From Octopus vulgaris (Eukaryota): a stretch of DNA of 64,000 bases. Made by a program: the position numbers and the translations under genes. The stretch lies in the NCBI GenBank assembly GCA_951406725.2, contig OX597825.1, forward strand, positions 17,608,001 to 17,672,000. Reading direction: 5' to 3'. Under the pieces are notes generated by a model. It worked only from the letters and a program-made list of their open reading frames with translations, did not search any database and was not told the origin of the DNA. Positions within the stretch are counted from its first letter, which is position 1. Each line of letters starts with the position of its first letter. Of the stretch, positions 14,248 to 28,665 are shown one piece after another.

Positions 14248-15831
14248 TGTTGTATTTAACTGGGAGAATTTAGCAAACTCTCTTCAAGACCATTCTCCAT
14301 AAATTTGTCACTAGCTCTTCATGCTTTTCAAATTTGATGTCTCGATTAGAAACTTGAGCTATGTACAGCTTGTGATGCGTGCATTAGACATATTACTCTG
14401 AGGGATAACTGACACAAAATTCGCTAAAATTGTTTATTTTATCACAGTATTTCGAGTATGAAAGTTAATATCGCATATGAAGGAAAGAAAACAACTATTC
14501 ATACGAAACCTTTAATTCCTCTTAGGTTTCCAAAAATCTCCCTTAAGAATCTCATCAATGAAAGTTGGTTTTCTTTTCTGTTTATTGTGGATATATATAT
14601 ATATATATATTGAAATTAGAATAAGAAATCAATATCTATTCAAAATTTTTCTCAGTATACAAAACACAGGCACACACACACACACAAACATACACAGACA
14701 TATATGCACACACGCACACGCACAAACACGTACAGACGTATATCCGCATATATATATGTGTGTGTGTGTGCATACTTATATGTATTATATACATATACAT
14801 ATATATATATATATATATATTCATAGATAAATAGATAAATCTATAGATATCGATATATGTGTGTGTATATATATATATATGTCCATGTGTTGGTGTGTGT
14901 GTGTATGAGTGTATGTATGTATGTATGAATGTATACGCATATATATATCGTAGTGGTTCAGAGTATAGTGTATTGTGATATTCTAGTTCTCATATTTTAT
15001 ATAAGTGCAGGTGTATATCCGTATACATACATGTGTGTGTATGTGTGTGTATGTATGTGTGTATGTGTGTGTTTGTGTGTGTGTGTTTATATATATATAT
15101 ATATATATATAATCGTACTGCTTGTGTATGCTGGTAAATATTGAAAAATATACATAAATCTACATACGTATGCAAGTGAGTCGATAAGAGTATATACGTT
15201 TTATGTGTTTGTGTATCTGTGGATGCGTATGAATGTGTACTGGTGTGCTGTGTTTTGTTTTTCGAAAGGCATATAATTCAGAAAACTATGTCTTTTCGTC
15301 TATACTTTCTTTCTCTCACAATTCATCGATTTCTCTACTTACACAATGTTACAATGTTATATCCTCACTGGATATATAAAATAAGTGAGAACGAAGTTAT
15401 TTTCAGAAGACAGGTTTGTGTGACCAACCAATAGACCGTCAAAAATATTTCCTGCGAAAAACACATCGCAACAAACAAAACATGTCATTTTTCACTCGTT
15501 ATTGTAAGAATAATGGAAATATTTACCGTTATTTATAATTTTTTTCATTGTTTGCTGATGTATATTTGCTTTCGAAACAGTACAAGTGTAGGGGATAACC
15601 AGCTCAGTTTATTGATTAAGGGATACAATATTTTTTTTACAGGGTATATTTTTGTAAAAGGAGCTTAATATTGTTTTATAATCGCTTTGTAGCTTTCTGT
15701 AGGGTTTTGGGTAGTTTTCAGTTTAGGATTTGTTTGTTTTTTTTCTGACGCGTGTATCTGCTTGCGAGAATGATGTTGAATGACTTGGTCAAGATGGTGT
15801 TTAAATCACCCGCGATAATCGAGTAATAATA

Positions 15832-16029
15832 TATTTCTTTACTGCCCACAAGGGGCTAAACACAGAGGGGGCAAACAAGGACACACAAACGGATTAAGTC
15901 GATTATATCGACCCCTGTGCGTAACTGGTATTTAATTTATCGACCCCGAAAATTGAATTTGAACCCAGAACGTAGCGGCAGATGAAATACGGCTACGCAT
16001 TTCGCCCGGCGTGCTAACGTTTCTGCCAG
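15832..16029 (-). mobile_element. tRNA-derived SINE, family C
   Basis: Reverse complement: CTGGCAGAAACGTTAGCACGCCGGGCGAAATGCG...GGTTCAAATTC (B box)...GGGGTCGATAAATT...; matches other family C copies. Confidence 0.85.
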
Positions 16030-16387
16030 ATAACTGGTGCGAACAGCCGGGAGTATAAAAACTAATCGGCCTCTCTATCAGGAGTACACGAAGTGTGGAA
16101 ACATCTAGAAGTATTATACCTGTGGTGACACAGAAAATGGTTAATTCAGATAATACTGAGATGAATGTAATACAGATTAATCAGTCAGCAGATTAATCAA
16201 ATCAGGGATTTTGATAGATTAGGATTACTGAAGAATATGGAAATAGAGGAGTATGATATTGACCCATATCGGGTGTGATAGTCGTTCATATCATGTATTA
16301 TGTGCTGTAGAAAATCTTCAGAAAAGGGTCTGCCGGATGCTATTTTGTTGTGTGATTGTTCTTTAAATGAAATCTTTCCTCGTCCCG

Positions 16388-16730
16388 TAAGTTAAGTGAA
16401 GCTAAGTTAAGTGTTGGGCTCAAAAAGCAAATAGCAAGGCCATGTAGGGGGACATGGAGTTATGTACAGGGAGGGTGTTCATGTAAAGAGTTCAGGCCAT
16501 TAGTGGTCAAGAGAGACTTTGAACCGATCGGTCGTCGGCATCTTCACTATATCGTCCGCCAGCTTATTCCACGGATCCGCAACCCGGACGGAGAAATCCC
16601 CTCTCCTTCGATTGAGATGAAATCGTCGCAGATAGAGCTTTTCGGAGTGACCCCGCAGCCGACGCTCTGGAGCAGGAGTGAAGAATAGCACTTTTGAGAG
16701 GTTACACTTTCCCAGCCTCGAACACATAAT
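16388..16730 (-). mobile_element. 5'-truncated CR1-type LINE 3' end (ORF2 C-terminus, 3' UTR, CTTAA-like tail)
   Basis: ORF 16500-16727 RRLRGHSEKL...RRGDFSVRVADPWNKLADDIV...FKVSLD matches the CR1 ORF2 terminal motif RGH..KL...FFS.RV...WN.LP...FK..LD; short-repeat tail at 16388-16411. Confidence 0.85.
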
Positions 16731-18150
16731 CCAGTGATATTATCTACGTTTTCTAATATATTCTTATTCAAAATGCCAAAATTTTATTTCAGGATTTTGT
16801 CGCTGTAAATCTGTTTCAATATTGGGTTATTCAGTGATAATATTCTTGACAACAATTTCTATTCAACGATAGAAATTCTCTTTCTCCACCTCAACCTCCT
16901 CTCTACCCTCCTCCTCCCCACCCCTCACACACACCTGAGTATGTGAGTTAGTGACTGAGTGAGAGAAAGAGAGAAAGAGAGAGAGAGGGGGGAGAGAGGG
17001 TCAGCGAGGAAGAAAGAGAAGGGGATAGAGAGAGGGATAGAGGCAGAGGATTATCTGAAATAGAGGGTAAGACAGATCAATTCAAATTCGACGACGTCAT
17101 TATTAGCTATTCATTGCAGGCATCGACTATGAGAGGATATACTAAACTGATAGCTAAATTGAATTTTTTCCTTAAGGAACCTAGCCCTAATTGTTGAGTC
17201 GAGAGATTAACTAAATTGTTAGTAGATACAAGATTTTGAAGAGTTAAAAAATAACCGTTTAGTCTCAAGAGTTAATCCTGACATATAGACTACTTTGGCT
17301 TCTCAAATACAATGGCTTATCAAATACACCAACACTCTGTTCACGTTTATTATAGACCCTAACAAATACACACACAAAAACATCCGAACAAAAACCTATA
17401 CAATTATGCACGCATACACAAATAGACTGACACACGGTTTTACACACTTGATATATAGATACGGATATCAACATCACGAGAATAAAAATACACACCTGAT
17501 ATCTATGTGGAATAATCTGTTATATATGCTAAAAGTCTAAAGAAAGAATTGGTGATTATAATTCTTTACTTCTATTTGAAAATACTGGCTTGTTTTGCAA
17601 GAAAATTTTATCATTCATATGATCGAATAACCAATTATTTGATTTGTTTTTTTTGTATGTGTTTTCATAACTTTTTCCCAACAATTTACGTCTATAGCAA
17701 ACTCACTTTCATCATCATTTTTATTTCATTCGGAGATTAAAGAGAAATACGCATATCTATATATTTATTTACTTGCATTACAAAAGAATTATCTATATCA
17801 AAGAGATTCTTATTTGCACATTTTGAAAGAAAAAAACACATAAAGTGTAATCTAATAAGAGAAATATTGATAATTATATAGACGTAAATAATTTTAAATA
17901 ATTTTATTAGTTTAAAGGAGAATGTATATATTTAAAAACAAATCAATACCAATGTGTTTATTGTATTTACAACATCGAGTTAAATCTACAATCGGGATTT
18001 GAAACCAAGTGTTACACATAACTCATATTATTCTTTATTATGTATTAAATGATACAGGTTATTCTATATGATATCCTCTAGTTATAGTTAGGTAATTATA
18101 TGTATCAATGCAGACGCACACACAACACACACACAACACACACATATATA

Positions 18151-18375
18151 CTCTTTAATCTTTTACACTTTTAAATGTTTCAGTCATTTGACTGCGGCCA
18201 TGCTGCAGTACCGCCTTTAGCCGAGCAATTCTACCACAGGACTTATTCTTTGTGAGCCTAGTACTTATTCTATCGGTCTGTTTTGCCGAACCGCTAAGTT
18301 ACGGGGTCGTAAACACACCAGCATCGGTTGTCAAGCGATGTTGGAAGGACACACACACACACACACACACGCACG

Positions 18376-18442
<67 letters not shown>

Positions 18443-18606
18443 GTATATACATATACGTATATACGACGGGCTTCTTTCAGTTTCCGTCTACCAAATCCGG
18501 TCAAAAGGCTTTGGTCGGCCCGATGCTATAGTAGAAGACACTCGGCCAAGGCGTCACGCAGTGGGACTGAACCCGGAATCATGTGGTTGGTAAGCAAGCT
18601 ACTTAC
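18151..18606 (-). mobile_element. SINE family A, near full length
   Basis: Reverse complement of family A with expanded internal (CA)n; the first about 20 nt of the head are missing. Confidence 0.9.
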
Positions 18607-18719
18607 GTACACTTTCGTCGTTGATATAAGGAAAGAAATATAGGCTGTATATCATCCAGCCAACAGTATCCTGAAAACATCTTTGTTACTTTCAAAGTCT
18701 ATCCTTCATCTGTAGCTCG

Positions 18720-18950
18720 CTTCGGTCATCAGACTACGACAATGTTGGGGCTCGCATTGAAGAATTTTTTGTCGAATGAATCGACACCATTACTTATAGG
18801 TTTTATAAAGACTATTGCTTAATCTATCAAATCCTTTCGCCAAACCGCTGAGTTTAGCGGACGTTAATACACTAATAGTGGTTGCCAAACGGTAGTCATG
18901 GGTAGAACAGCTCAAAGACACACACACGCAGACACACACACAGACACACA
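18720..18950 (-). mobile_element. SINE family A, old diverged 3' half
   Basis: Degenerate match to ttcagtcatttgactgcggccatgctgg...gccgaaccgctaagt...gttgtcaagcg. Confidence 0.6.
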
Positions 18951-18975
18951 CACATATACATACAGACACACACAC

Positions 18976-19019
<44 letters not shown>

Positions 19020-19283
19020 ACGCGCGCACACGCACACCTATAGAAAGTTCTGCTACGCTACATTTTAGAGCATAGTATTGCTTTGAGAAACAATTTTGCC
19101 AATAAAATATGAAAGCAAAAGCAGAATAGTATGACTGGTATTCACTTTAAGTTCGACTGTAGAGCTATTTCCCAACATATGCATGTTAAAACCTATCTTC
19201 AGATTTATAACACAGCTATAGTTTTGTATGTAGTGGTTATGCTAAATTACACCTGTAAACATATATACCTATCACAACATATC

Positions 19284-19317
<34 letters not shown>

Positions 19318-19372
19318 CAGACACACACATATATGTGTGCCTGTATATATATATATATATATACATATTTTT

Positions 19373-19603
19373 TTCTTTTATTTCTTAATTTTTTTCATTC
19401 AACTTGCGGCTATGCTCGAGCACCGCCTTTAGTCGAGCAAATCGACCCCCAAGGCTTATTCTTTGAAAGCCTAGTACTTATTCTATCGACCTCCTTTGCC
19501 GAACCGCTAAGTTACGGGGACGTAAACCTACCAGGAGTTTTTGTCAAGCGATGGTGGTTGGACAAACACAGACACACAAATACATACGCACACTCACACA
19601 TAC

Positions 19604-19671
<68 letters not shown>

Positions 19672-19832
19672 GACGGGCTTCTTCCAGTTTCCGTCTACCA
19701 AATCCACTCAAAGTATTTCGTTGACTCGAGGTTATAGTAGAGGACACCTGCCGTAGGTGTCATGCAGTGGGACTGAATCCGAAATCATATGGTTGGTAAG
19801 AAAGCTGCTTAGTACACAGCCACGCCTGCACC
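19373..19832 (-). mobile_element. SINE family A, full length
   Basis: Tail to head (cacagccacgcctgcacc) on the minus strand; internal (TA)n expansion. Confidence 0.9.
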
Positions 19833-20492
19833 TATATACATATTTAAATATAATTTACACACACACGCACTCACATATGCATGTATGTATGTGTGTATGT
19901 ATGTATGTATGTATGTATGTATGTATGTATGTATGTATGTATGTATGTATATATCTAGAATTTGAGAAAATTCGTTCACTTGCGCTATACAGTCCTGGTG
20001 ATGCGATATATAAATTCGACGTAAATAATAAAGAATCAGATCGGCTCATATGGGCCACCAATAAAACAGCTTTATACAGGTATATTAAGAGAATGACATT
20101 TTAACCAATGCCTGAATGTAGTTTGGCATTGGAAGCAATTTAAATCATTTCGATAAAAATGGGTCGCATAAAATCTACTTATCTTAGAAATGTGGAAATT
20201 TTTACACTCAGGTTTTTATTTGCAATATTTAGATGACATTTCAGCTGTAATATACGATTTACTAAATTTTGAATAAATGCATTTAAAGTGAAAGCAATTT
20301 GTTATGAAATAAATGTACATAAGGACATTTGATTTGTTGCATATTCACATAGTCATTTCGTTAGTTATGAGAGGATTCTTATTATGAATGTCTACGTTAA
20401 TATTGTAAGATGAATGACAAATAGTTTGAGGAGGTGAATGAATATTTTTTTCATATGATTGCTTTATGACAATGTGTAATGTCAAGCACAGA

Positions 20493-20494
20493 TG

Positions 20495-20554
<60 letters not shown>

Positions 20555-20732
20555 ACATACATACATAAACGTGTATGTGTGTGTCTGTTTGTTGAATGTG
20601 TGTGTGTGTGTCTGTCTGTTGGGTGTGTGTGTGGAGGGATGCTGCATATGTGTGTGTAGTGTTAAGAACCAAATTATTTTTACATTTATATTTCAAATAC
20701 ACAAATGTCAAATTTAAGTTATTTAACTGAAA

Positions 20733-20820
<88 letters not shown>

Positions 20821-20858
20821 TATATAAATATATATATATATATATATGTATATATGTG

Positions 20859-20944
<86 letters not shown>

Positions 20945-20960
20945 TGTATATGTATGTATA
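20493..20960. repeat. (TA)n/(TG)n tracts, long (TA)n at about 20736-20941
   Basis: Direct reading. Confidence 0.9.
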
Positions 20961-21604
20961 TTTTTTTAAAAAAACAGAAGAAAAATCGCTAAGATTGTTG
21001 ATGTAAAAAGTGAAAAGAAACTTGTGAAAGGAAAATGAAGGAAACTAAGATATTCGTAGTGTTTGACTGTAGAAACCATAATTAATGTGGCTATAGCACA
21101 GTAATAGAACGGAAAGGAAGCCTGTATCTGTGAGATCGCTACTAATTCTGGGTGGGTGATGTCTTCCAGTTCAACAAAAGAAACCTGTCCTTGTGCTTGC
21201 ACTACACATTTCCATGGACTTAAACACACACTCTTATAAGCCGAATGGGAACCTAACATGTATATATAGAGAGTACTTTGACTCTATAGCATTTAAAACT
21301 CTAATAGCCAGCATCAGGATATCTCATCTGTTCTCAAAGGAAATTATTGATAAAGCACTCCCCTGATATAACAATGCCCTTAACTAACATCAACTCTAAA
21401 GATAACATATACAGCTTCAGTTAAAACATATGAAGCCTAAAAATAGACTAAGGAAAATAATATTGTTCACTCTCTCCTGAGGAACGTCATTGGGTTATTA
21501 AATGAGAATTTCCCTGTAAACCACAAATACAAGAAGATCTTTATAGAGTACGTATGCTCTACAATATTAGATATACACATCATAAAGAATATATAACTAT
21601 GAAT

Positions 21605-21769
21605 AACATTAGCACGCAGGGCGAAATGTGGTATTTCGTTCCGAGTTCAAATTCCACCGATCTCGACTTTGCCTTTCGGGGTCGATAAATGAAGTACCAG
21701 TTGCGTACTGATGTCGATCTAATCGGCTTGCCCCTCCCCACAAATTTCGGGTCTTGTGCCTAGAGTAGA
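21605..21769 (+). mobile_element. SINE family C, 5'-truncated, with 21-bp flanking direct repeat
   Basis: aaagaatatataactatgaat at 21584-21604 and 21770-21790 flanks the element. Confidence 0.88.
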
Positions 21770-23396
21770 AAAGAATATATAACTATGAATGCTATATAAC
21801 ATTATTTCTTTTAAATAGCATTGTTTTCAGACTTATGCAAAATACAATTTATTTAAAAGGGAACAATATTCGATCCTGTTAACATGGCCACTTCTAATTA
21901 TATCAACCAAACTTGCCTAAACTAAAACTTTATCCTATCTTAACCAGTATTTCCCTGATTCAGCTATCAGCTAACTCTTTTATCTTTCATGATTAATTAA
22001 TTTATTAATTACGAATAGTGATACAAATTCAAAAATAATCATGAGAATATCCGTATCAAATTGATGTTCGTGTTGTGTTTTGATTGTAAAATATATTAAG
22101 TTATTAGTGTAATATATAATATTTGAACATAACCGAAATCTGATATGAATCCGTTTCCTCATAATTTAATTCATGCAAATAAATGTTCGGGATTGTTAGA
22201 CTTATTTGTTTCTGATACGATAAAAACTAGCAAATTAAGATGAGAAGCAATTGAAACCCAAATATAAGTATGCATTTCTAAAAAAATAATAAAAAAAATA
22301 ATAAATCACATTTACCTCTACCAATACATACAAATTCAGAAATAGTGTAATTTGCATTTCAGAAATTTCACCAACAAATTATTTCCCACACTGTCTTTCG
22401 ATATGGTACTAATTTATATGATAAACAAACATATCTATAGCAACGAAATATATTTATGTAAAATGAATATTCACTATTGTATAAAACGTGATTTGGTTGT
22501 TATGAAATACCAGAAATTTTGTTCTTATCAATGCTTGTGTTTGATTAAAAATAATAATTAAAATGAAAACTGAATATAAATTAACAATTACATTTCAATA
22601 ATTGCTAACAAAAGATGCACAATTCAGTCACAGAATAAATTCTGGCAAATTATAGCGAGCAGTTCTTGATAAATCTGTTTATATGAATAGCATATGTTAC
22701 ATTTTTATCAGGCAAAATATATTCATCATTGTTGACGTTTGGCATTTTGGATTACTGCATTTGTATGGTTGTTTGGCCTCTTAGATAAATAAAAAAAACG
22801 ACAAAAAAAAGTATCTCAGTAATTCCGAATTGTTTTGTTTCTCACCAATTGAAAGTAAGTTCATTTCAAATGCTTGCTATGCAAGCCAAGTCTATTAAGA
22901 AAAAAAAATAAACATTTCACCTATTTACCGTCGGTCGTGAAATTCTCGTATCTGTAATTGATTATTAGAGCCCGCACTCTCATAAATACGATTTGTAATG
23001 AATTCTGAAATATTTTATCTTAATAATTGCACATATATTATATATATTTCAATTGCAGACGTTTTCTGCACCGAAAGGCAGAGAAGTGTAGTTAAAAAAA
23101 TGTTTTTTTCGTTCTGCTAATATTCACACTGTATGATTTACGAAGTGTTCTAGATGTTAATTCTCCTCATTACGGTGAACTGGTGCAACTACACTCTTTC
23201 AGTACTTATAGTTCTTCCTTTACAAAGCTACTTTAGAACATATTCTGTTGCTCAAATTTATACCATATATAAAGCTGAAACTTTACCAGTGAACTCGTTG
23301 TCTGTAGTCTATGATTCTTCGTTCTCTACTGCGATATGCAATATTTATTGTATCGTGTCTCAGAATTGTAACGGATTGTGCTTCATAATAAAAATA

Positions 23397-23744
23397 TCTT
23401 TGCCTATAGAATTTGAATTCCAGTTCTTCTTCATTGCACGCCTACGTTCTACACATTGCATAGTCCAGAACGATGGCGAAGAGATAAGGTGCTAGCGTGT
23501 CGCCTTGTAATACCCCGGCTTTGACTTCAAAGTATTCTGTCTCTCCATCAGGAGTGATTACTTTCGCTCTGGTGTTCTCATACAGCTTACTTATTGCTAT
23601 CAGAATTCTTGGAGGAATATCATATGCTTTAAGTATCTACATCATCATTCCTCTAAGTACTGAATCGAAAGCCTTTTTAAAGTCTACATAAATGATAGCT
23701 GTCTTTTTATGGCTCTTGACTCCCTCTATCAGTGTTCTAAGTGC
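23397..23744 (-). mobile_element. RTE-clade LINE reverse transcriptase fragment (inverted segment)
   Basis: Minus-strand translation ALRTLIEGVKSHKKTAIIYVDFKKAFDSV...ILKAYDIPPRILIAISKLYENTRAKVITPDGETEYFEVKAGVLQGDTLAPYLFAIVLDY...EEELEFK, with stops. Confidence 0.9.
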
Positions 23745-24228
23745 ATAGGCAAAGAAGTAGACGGCATCCAGCAGTAACAGTAACTGACCTAGATTATGCT
23801 GATGTCAGAAAGGACAGATCATGCACAGGAGGTGCTGAGGAGATTAGAGCAGGAATCGAGGCAGATAGGATTGTACTGTAATGCAAACAAAACAGAGCTG
23901 CAAGTATCCAATCATGAAATACCTGTGTCGGTAAATCACTGAAGGTAGTTGAAAATTTCAAATACCTTGATGTAAGGATACAAAGTATTGAAAAAAGATA
24001 TCGTAGCAAGGAAAGCTCTTGCCTGGAGTGCATGCCATATATTGAGAAAGGTATTGAGTTCAAAGTTAGTAAAGGAATTGAAAGGGAGTTTTGTTCTGGC
24101 AGCAGTGGAGTCTGGTCTTCTATACGGCGTTGAAACATGAACGTTCAGTAAAGCATTGAAGACGTAGTTGGACGGTTGCTATACGAGGATACTTAGAATG
24201 CCATTCAATGTCTCCTGTGTAGAACATG
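23745..24228 (+). mobile_element. RTE-clade LINE RT fragment (forward continuation), degenerate
   Basis: RQRSRRHPAVTVTDLDYAD...AQEVLRRLEQESRQIGLYCNANKTE...LKVVENFKYL...RKALAWSACH...AVESGLLYGVET*T...LDGCYTRILRM, with frameshifts and stops. Confidence 0.88.
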
Positions 24229-25193
24229 CTTATAAAATTCCTTCTACTTAATTTTAGTCGTTTGTTACGGCATCGTTGAAGGAATTTAGATCTTCACTAT
24301 GTGTCACTTTATGTTACTGACATCGTGTAAACTGTATGAAAACTAGTAAAAATACACCATATACAGGTGTCATGAAATGATATGAAATCCTGTATAATTC
24401 TGAGCGTGAAGGTGTGCATAAGACATTCATGTACTTTACTCATTCGTTCCTTGTAGAAAGGTGATATAAAGCAAGGTGAAACTGGTAAAAAGAAGTTGCA
24501 AAATATTATGACATATATTGAGCTGCTGATAGCCAAGTGCCTTCGAACTGCAATAATCTTTCCCTCAATATGTGAGAGGCATTTTTTATCCCCTATATGT
24601 TTATTAATAATAATTGTTATTTTATTTTAACTTTCGTTAAGTATTAACTTGTCCTTTCTTTTTGCCGTCATACACGCTGCTTGAATGCTACCTTCTCAGA
24701 GATAGAATTACTACTGCTTTATGTTTCTGCATATTTCGCAATAAAGATATTTTGAAAAAAACAAAGAATTATTGTTTGTTTTTTTTCTCCTTTTTGTTAA
24801 CCTTATTGATCAAGAGAGCCATGTTGTTGCTAGGCATCATGATGATTTAATCTATAAATAAAATATTGTTTGCATATCCCTCTTCAAAAATTATTAGCAA
24901 ACAAGCAATTTCAAATAAAGATTTATATTCTCTGAATACAAATGCTGAGGACTTAAATCAATTAAGCTTTGTATCACTTTCAAAAACAAAAACATTATAA
25001 ATTCTAATTTTATGTATCATCGTATAATTTCTGTCTTTTATTATATTTTTATTATGCGATATTTAAAAATGGAGTTCTTGTTTTTTTTTGAGCAGCTATA
25101 GGGTTTGCTTTTATTAACATGATGTTATTGCCATAATGAATTTCGAAATAAAATCATTTATAAATTGCATATTATATATGAATATGTATATGC

Positions 25194-25352
<159 letters not shown>

Positions 25353-26068
25353 TTTATGTACGTATACGTAATATCCACACTACTTAAGATATGTCTTCAA
25401 CGGTATTCTGTGTTGGGTAAAGAACAATGTGAGTGAATTTACGAGATTCTGATAATGATCAACATAGTAGTTTGTCAAAAATAGATTACATTGTCAAATG
25501 TGAGCAATGACTGCCTGAAAAATAATATACACAAATAGAAATAATGGAGTGGGTGTTCGATGATTATATGTAAATTCAATCTATCACAAAGCAGAGTGTA
25601 TATGGGAAAAGTGAAATATAATACATACATGATTTCACTGCTTTTGCAACTTTATAAACTGTCATAACGTTGGCTACTTCTACAAATCTTAGGATTATTG
25701 TTATTTTCAAAGATTTCGTTAGACATTGTAGATCATTTGAATGAATTGTAAATCGACTGAAAAAATATTCTAATATACATTCATAAGTTAAAACTTATAG
25801 CTTTGAAGCAACAAACGTCAATCTCTAGCCACCATAAAGGGGAAAGTGAAAGAGGTTTGTAATATTATTATAAAAATCTGTTTTGTAAAAATCTTTGTAA
25901 AGATACGCCGTATTTGAAATGATTAAGAGGAACGTACTACCAATACGAAGTTCCAAGATATTTTCTTGAGTTTCTCAAAATGTATCTTAGTTAGATAATA
26001 TATACTAGTTCAGAAGTTTTAAAAGAATGGAAACTAATCGTTTGCCGCCGAGTTTAGTAAGAAAATTT

Positions 26069-26321
26069 GACAATCATTCGATTTGCGACTCAACTGGATT
26101 TCTTGAATGAAATTAGTCAATGAATATTTCTGCTTCTCAAAAAAATCGTAACACTAATTATAGGTACCCGTTTATCTTACGAATTAATTAATTTTACATT
26201 TTGCTATATATCAGGTAAACGAGTAACTATAAGTTGTGTTAACATTTTTTTGAGAAGTAGAAATATTCATTTACTAATTTCATTCATGAAATTTACTTGA
26301 GGCGCAAATCGAATGATTGTC
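26069..26321. mobile_element. Fold-back/MITE-like inverted repeat (arms about 26069-26175 and 26214-26321)
   Basis: gacaatcattcgatttgcgactcaa...ataggtacccgtttatc pairs with ggtaaacgagtaactat...ttgaggcgcaaatcgaatgattgtc. Confidence 0.8.
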
Positions 26322-27689
26322 ATCTGAAAATTTCGTATATATGTTACCCCTTAAATAAACCCAATAAATACTTCTATTATTTTTTTCTAAATTTTCAGAA
26401 GGAATGTAACACAAAATTGAACTCTTCTAAAATCCCAGAACTAAGACTATATATTCTTCCATTTTAAAATCAGAAAGCATTGTAATTCTATCACAGCAGG
26501 TGTATCCTTCCATCCTTTGCTAACCCGTCATATATTTCCATTTTACAAAATTGTTCAATATAATTAGCACTAAATATTTTGCTACATGTATGCTCCAAAA
26601 TTTCTTGGTACATACGTTATATCTTTTGATACTACGGGAAATATTTCCACCTGCTCAAAGCAAAGGAATATCATTTTATGCAAATAATACAGCTATATTT
26701 ATCTTGCATTCCAACATATCCGCATTTTCGATAGTATTATCAATTACCCTCAATATAAATACTATTTTTCTCCTGATCAAAGTAATTTAAATTGCATTTT
26801 GAATATCTCTTGGATTTTATTTTAGTGTTTTTGCCTTTTTAGTGCCTTAAATCTTACCAAAGAGAATATTGTTCAAATTCATTCCATTTTGTTTTCTACG
26901 ATCCATATAAGACCATAATATTGTATATATGCATTTCTCATGAGGCGGTACATAGTCGATTGGGATATATTTTACTGAGAATTCTAGAATGTAAACTGAG
27001 TAATCTGAACCTAAATATTGATAAATGTGCCTTGAGTACTCTTAGTTTATAATTAAGATTATATATGCAAACAATGCATAATATAAAATAATTAAACGCA
27101 TAAGTCTGATTATACCTGCAAAATATCAAATATCAAATCTCCCTGAAACTGTGATTTGGAATTTCTATGCTCAAATACAAATTAACCAATATATCGTACA
27201 AATATTTCCCAGGTGACTGAGATTTAGAAAATCTTCACATTACCATTTCTCGCTTAATCAATTTAAATTTCCTAATACATAGCTTCAATTTGATTCCAGT
27301 GAATAATTCAACTCTCAAAATTCTTGAGATTCATAATACACTATTGCTCAAAAATCATTATTGCGCACCTCTAATACACAACCGCAGACATATATTTTCT
27401 TACGTTTTCACTATCAATGAACCGTTATGACAAAAGTATTAAGATGTTCGCAATCATTTTACAATCATGTAATTCATTTGGTTAGCTGGAGGACTTGTCA
27501 TCAGGTGGATGATATCTACGTAAACTAATATACGATACCCATGCACGCTATCCAGCGCGGTCCACCATGATTACAACCACAAGTCCCCGGCCTCAATCTT
27601 CCAACAATACCCTCGGGCCCGGCAAAGAATTTGAACAAAGCACACGCTAATGAACTCATGTACACACCCACATACCCCAACATGGAGGT

Positions 27690-27777
27690 CTCACAGCACC
27701 CCAACATATCAAAACAAACAATGCGAATGCGCGATATTAAACATAAAACGGCGGCAAATTACCCGGCGCACCCTGTA
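27690..27777. mobile_element. Probable Tc1/mariner-type terminus
   Basis: Ends aattacccggcgcaccctg-TA (reverse complement TA-CAGGGTG..., a typical Tc1/mariner TIR start); partner end not clearly found. Confidence 0.35.
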
Positions 27778-27804
27778 TGTATGTTTGTGTACATATTTTT
27801 TTTT

Positions 27805-28198
27805 TCTTTTACTTGTTTCAGTCATTTGACTGCGGCCATGCTGGAGCACCGCCTTTAATCGAGCAACTCAACCCCGGAACTTATTCTTTGTAAGCCCAGT
27901 ACTTATTCTATCGGTCTCTTTTGCCGAACCTCTAATCGACGGGGACATAAACATAGCAGCATCGGTTGTCAAGCAATGCAAGGGGGACAGACACAGACGT
28001 ACAAACATACATGCACACATACATATATACATATGTACGACGGGCTTCTTTCAGTTTCTGTCCACCAAATCCACTCACAAGGCTTTGGTCGGCCCGAGGC
28101 TATAGTAGAGGACACTCGCCCAAGGTGCCATGCAGTGGGACTGAACCCGGAACCATGTGGTTGGTAAACAAGCTACTTACCACACAGTCACTCCTGCG

Positions 28199-28200
<2 letters not shown>
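27805..28200 (-). mobile_element. SINE family A, full length, low divergence
   Basis: Close reverse-complement match to 3620-4035; head abuts (TA)n from 28201. Confidence 0.93.
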
Positions 28201-28268
<68 letters not shown>

Positions 28269-28269
28269 A

Positions 28270-28308
<39 letters not shown>

Positions 28309-28350
28309 AAAGGAAGAAAGTAAAGAAAGACGGATGTATGAAAAACTTTT

Positions 28351-28665
28351 TTCTTTTATTCTTCTATTTGTTTCAGTTATTTAAATGCGGCCATGCTAGA
28401 GCACCTTGTTTAATCGAGCAATTCTACCCCAGAACTGATTCTTTGTAAGCCTAGTACTTATTCTATCGGTCTGTTTTGCCGAAACCCTAAGATACAGGGA
28501 CATCAAGAAACCAAGATCGGTTATCAAGCGATGGTGCGGAGACACAGCCAAAATGACACACACACACACACCACATACACTCACACGCCACACACACAGA
28601 CACACATTTGTCAAGCAATGGTGGGCTACAAACACAGACACACAACCATATATATGTATATGTAT
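28351..28665 (-). mobile_element. SINE family A, 3' half with duplicated tcaagc.atggtg block
   Basis: tttcagttatttaaatgcggccatgctagagcacc...ttttgccgaa...tcaagcgatggtg. Confidence 0.75.

Noticed and set aside
20966-21259. 97-aa ORF as a possible host exon (also 4290-4508, 42733-42942, 50261-50582, 57564-57821)
   Set aside because: No recognisable domain, no consistent splice-site or frame chain; several look like decayed repeat sequence. Small real exons cannot be excluded without RNA-seq.
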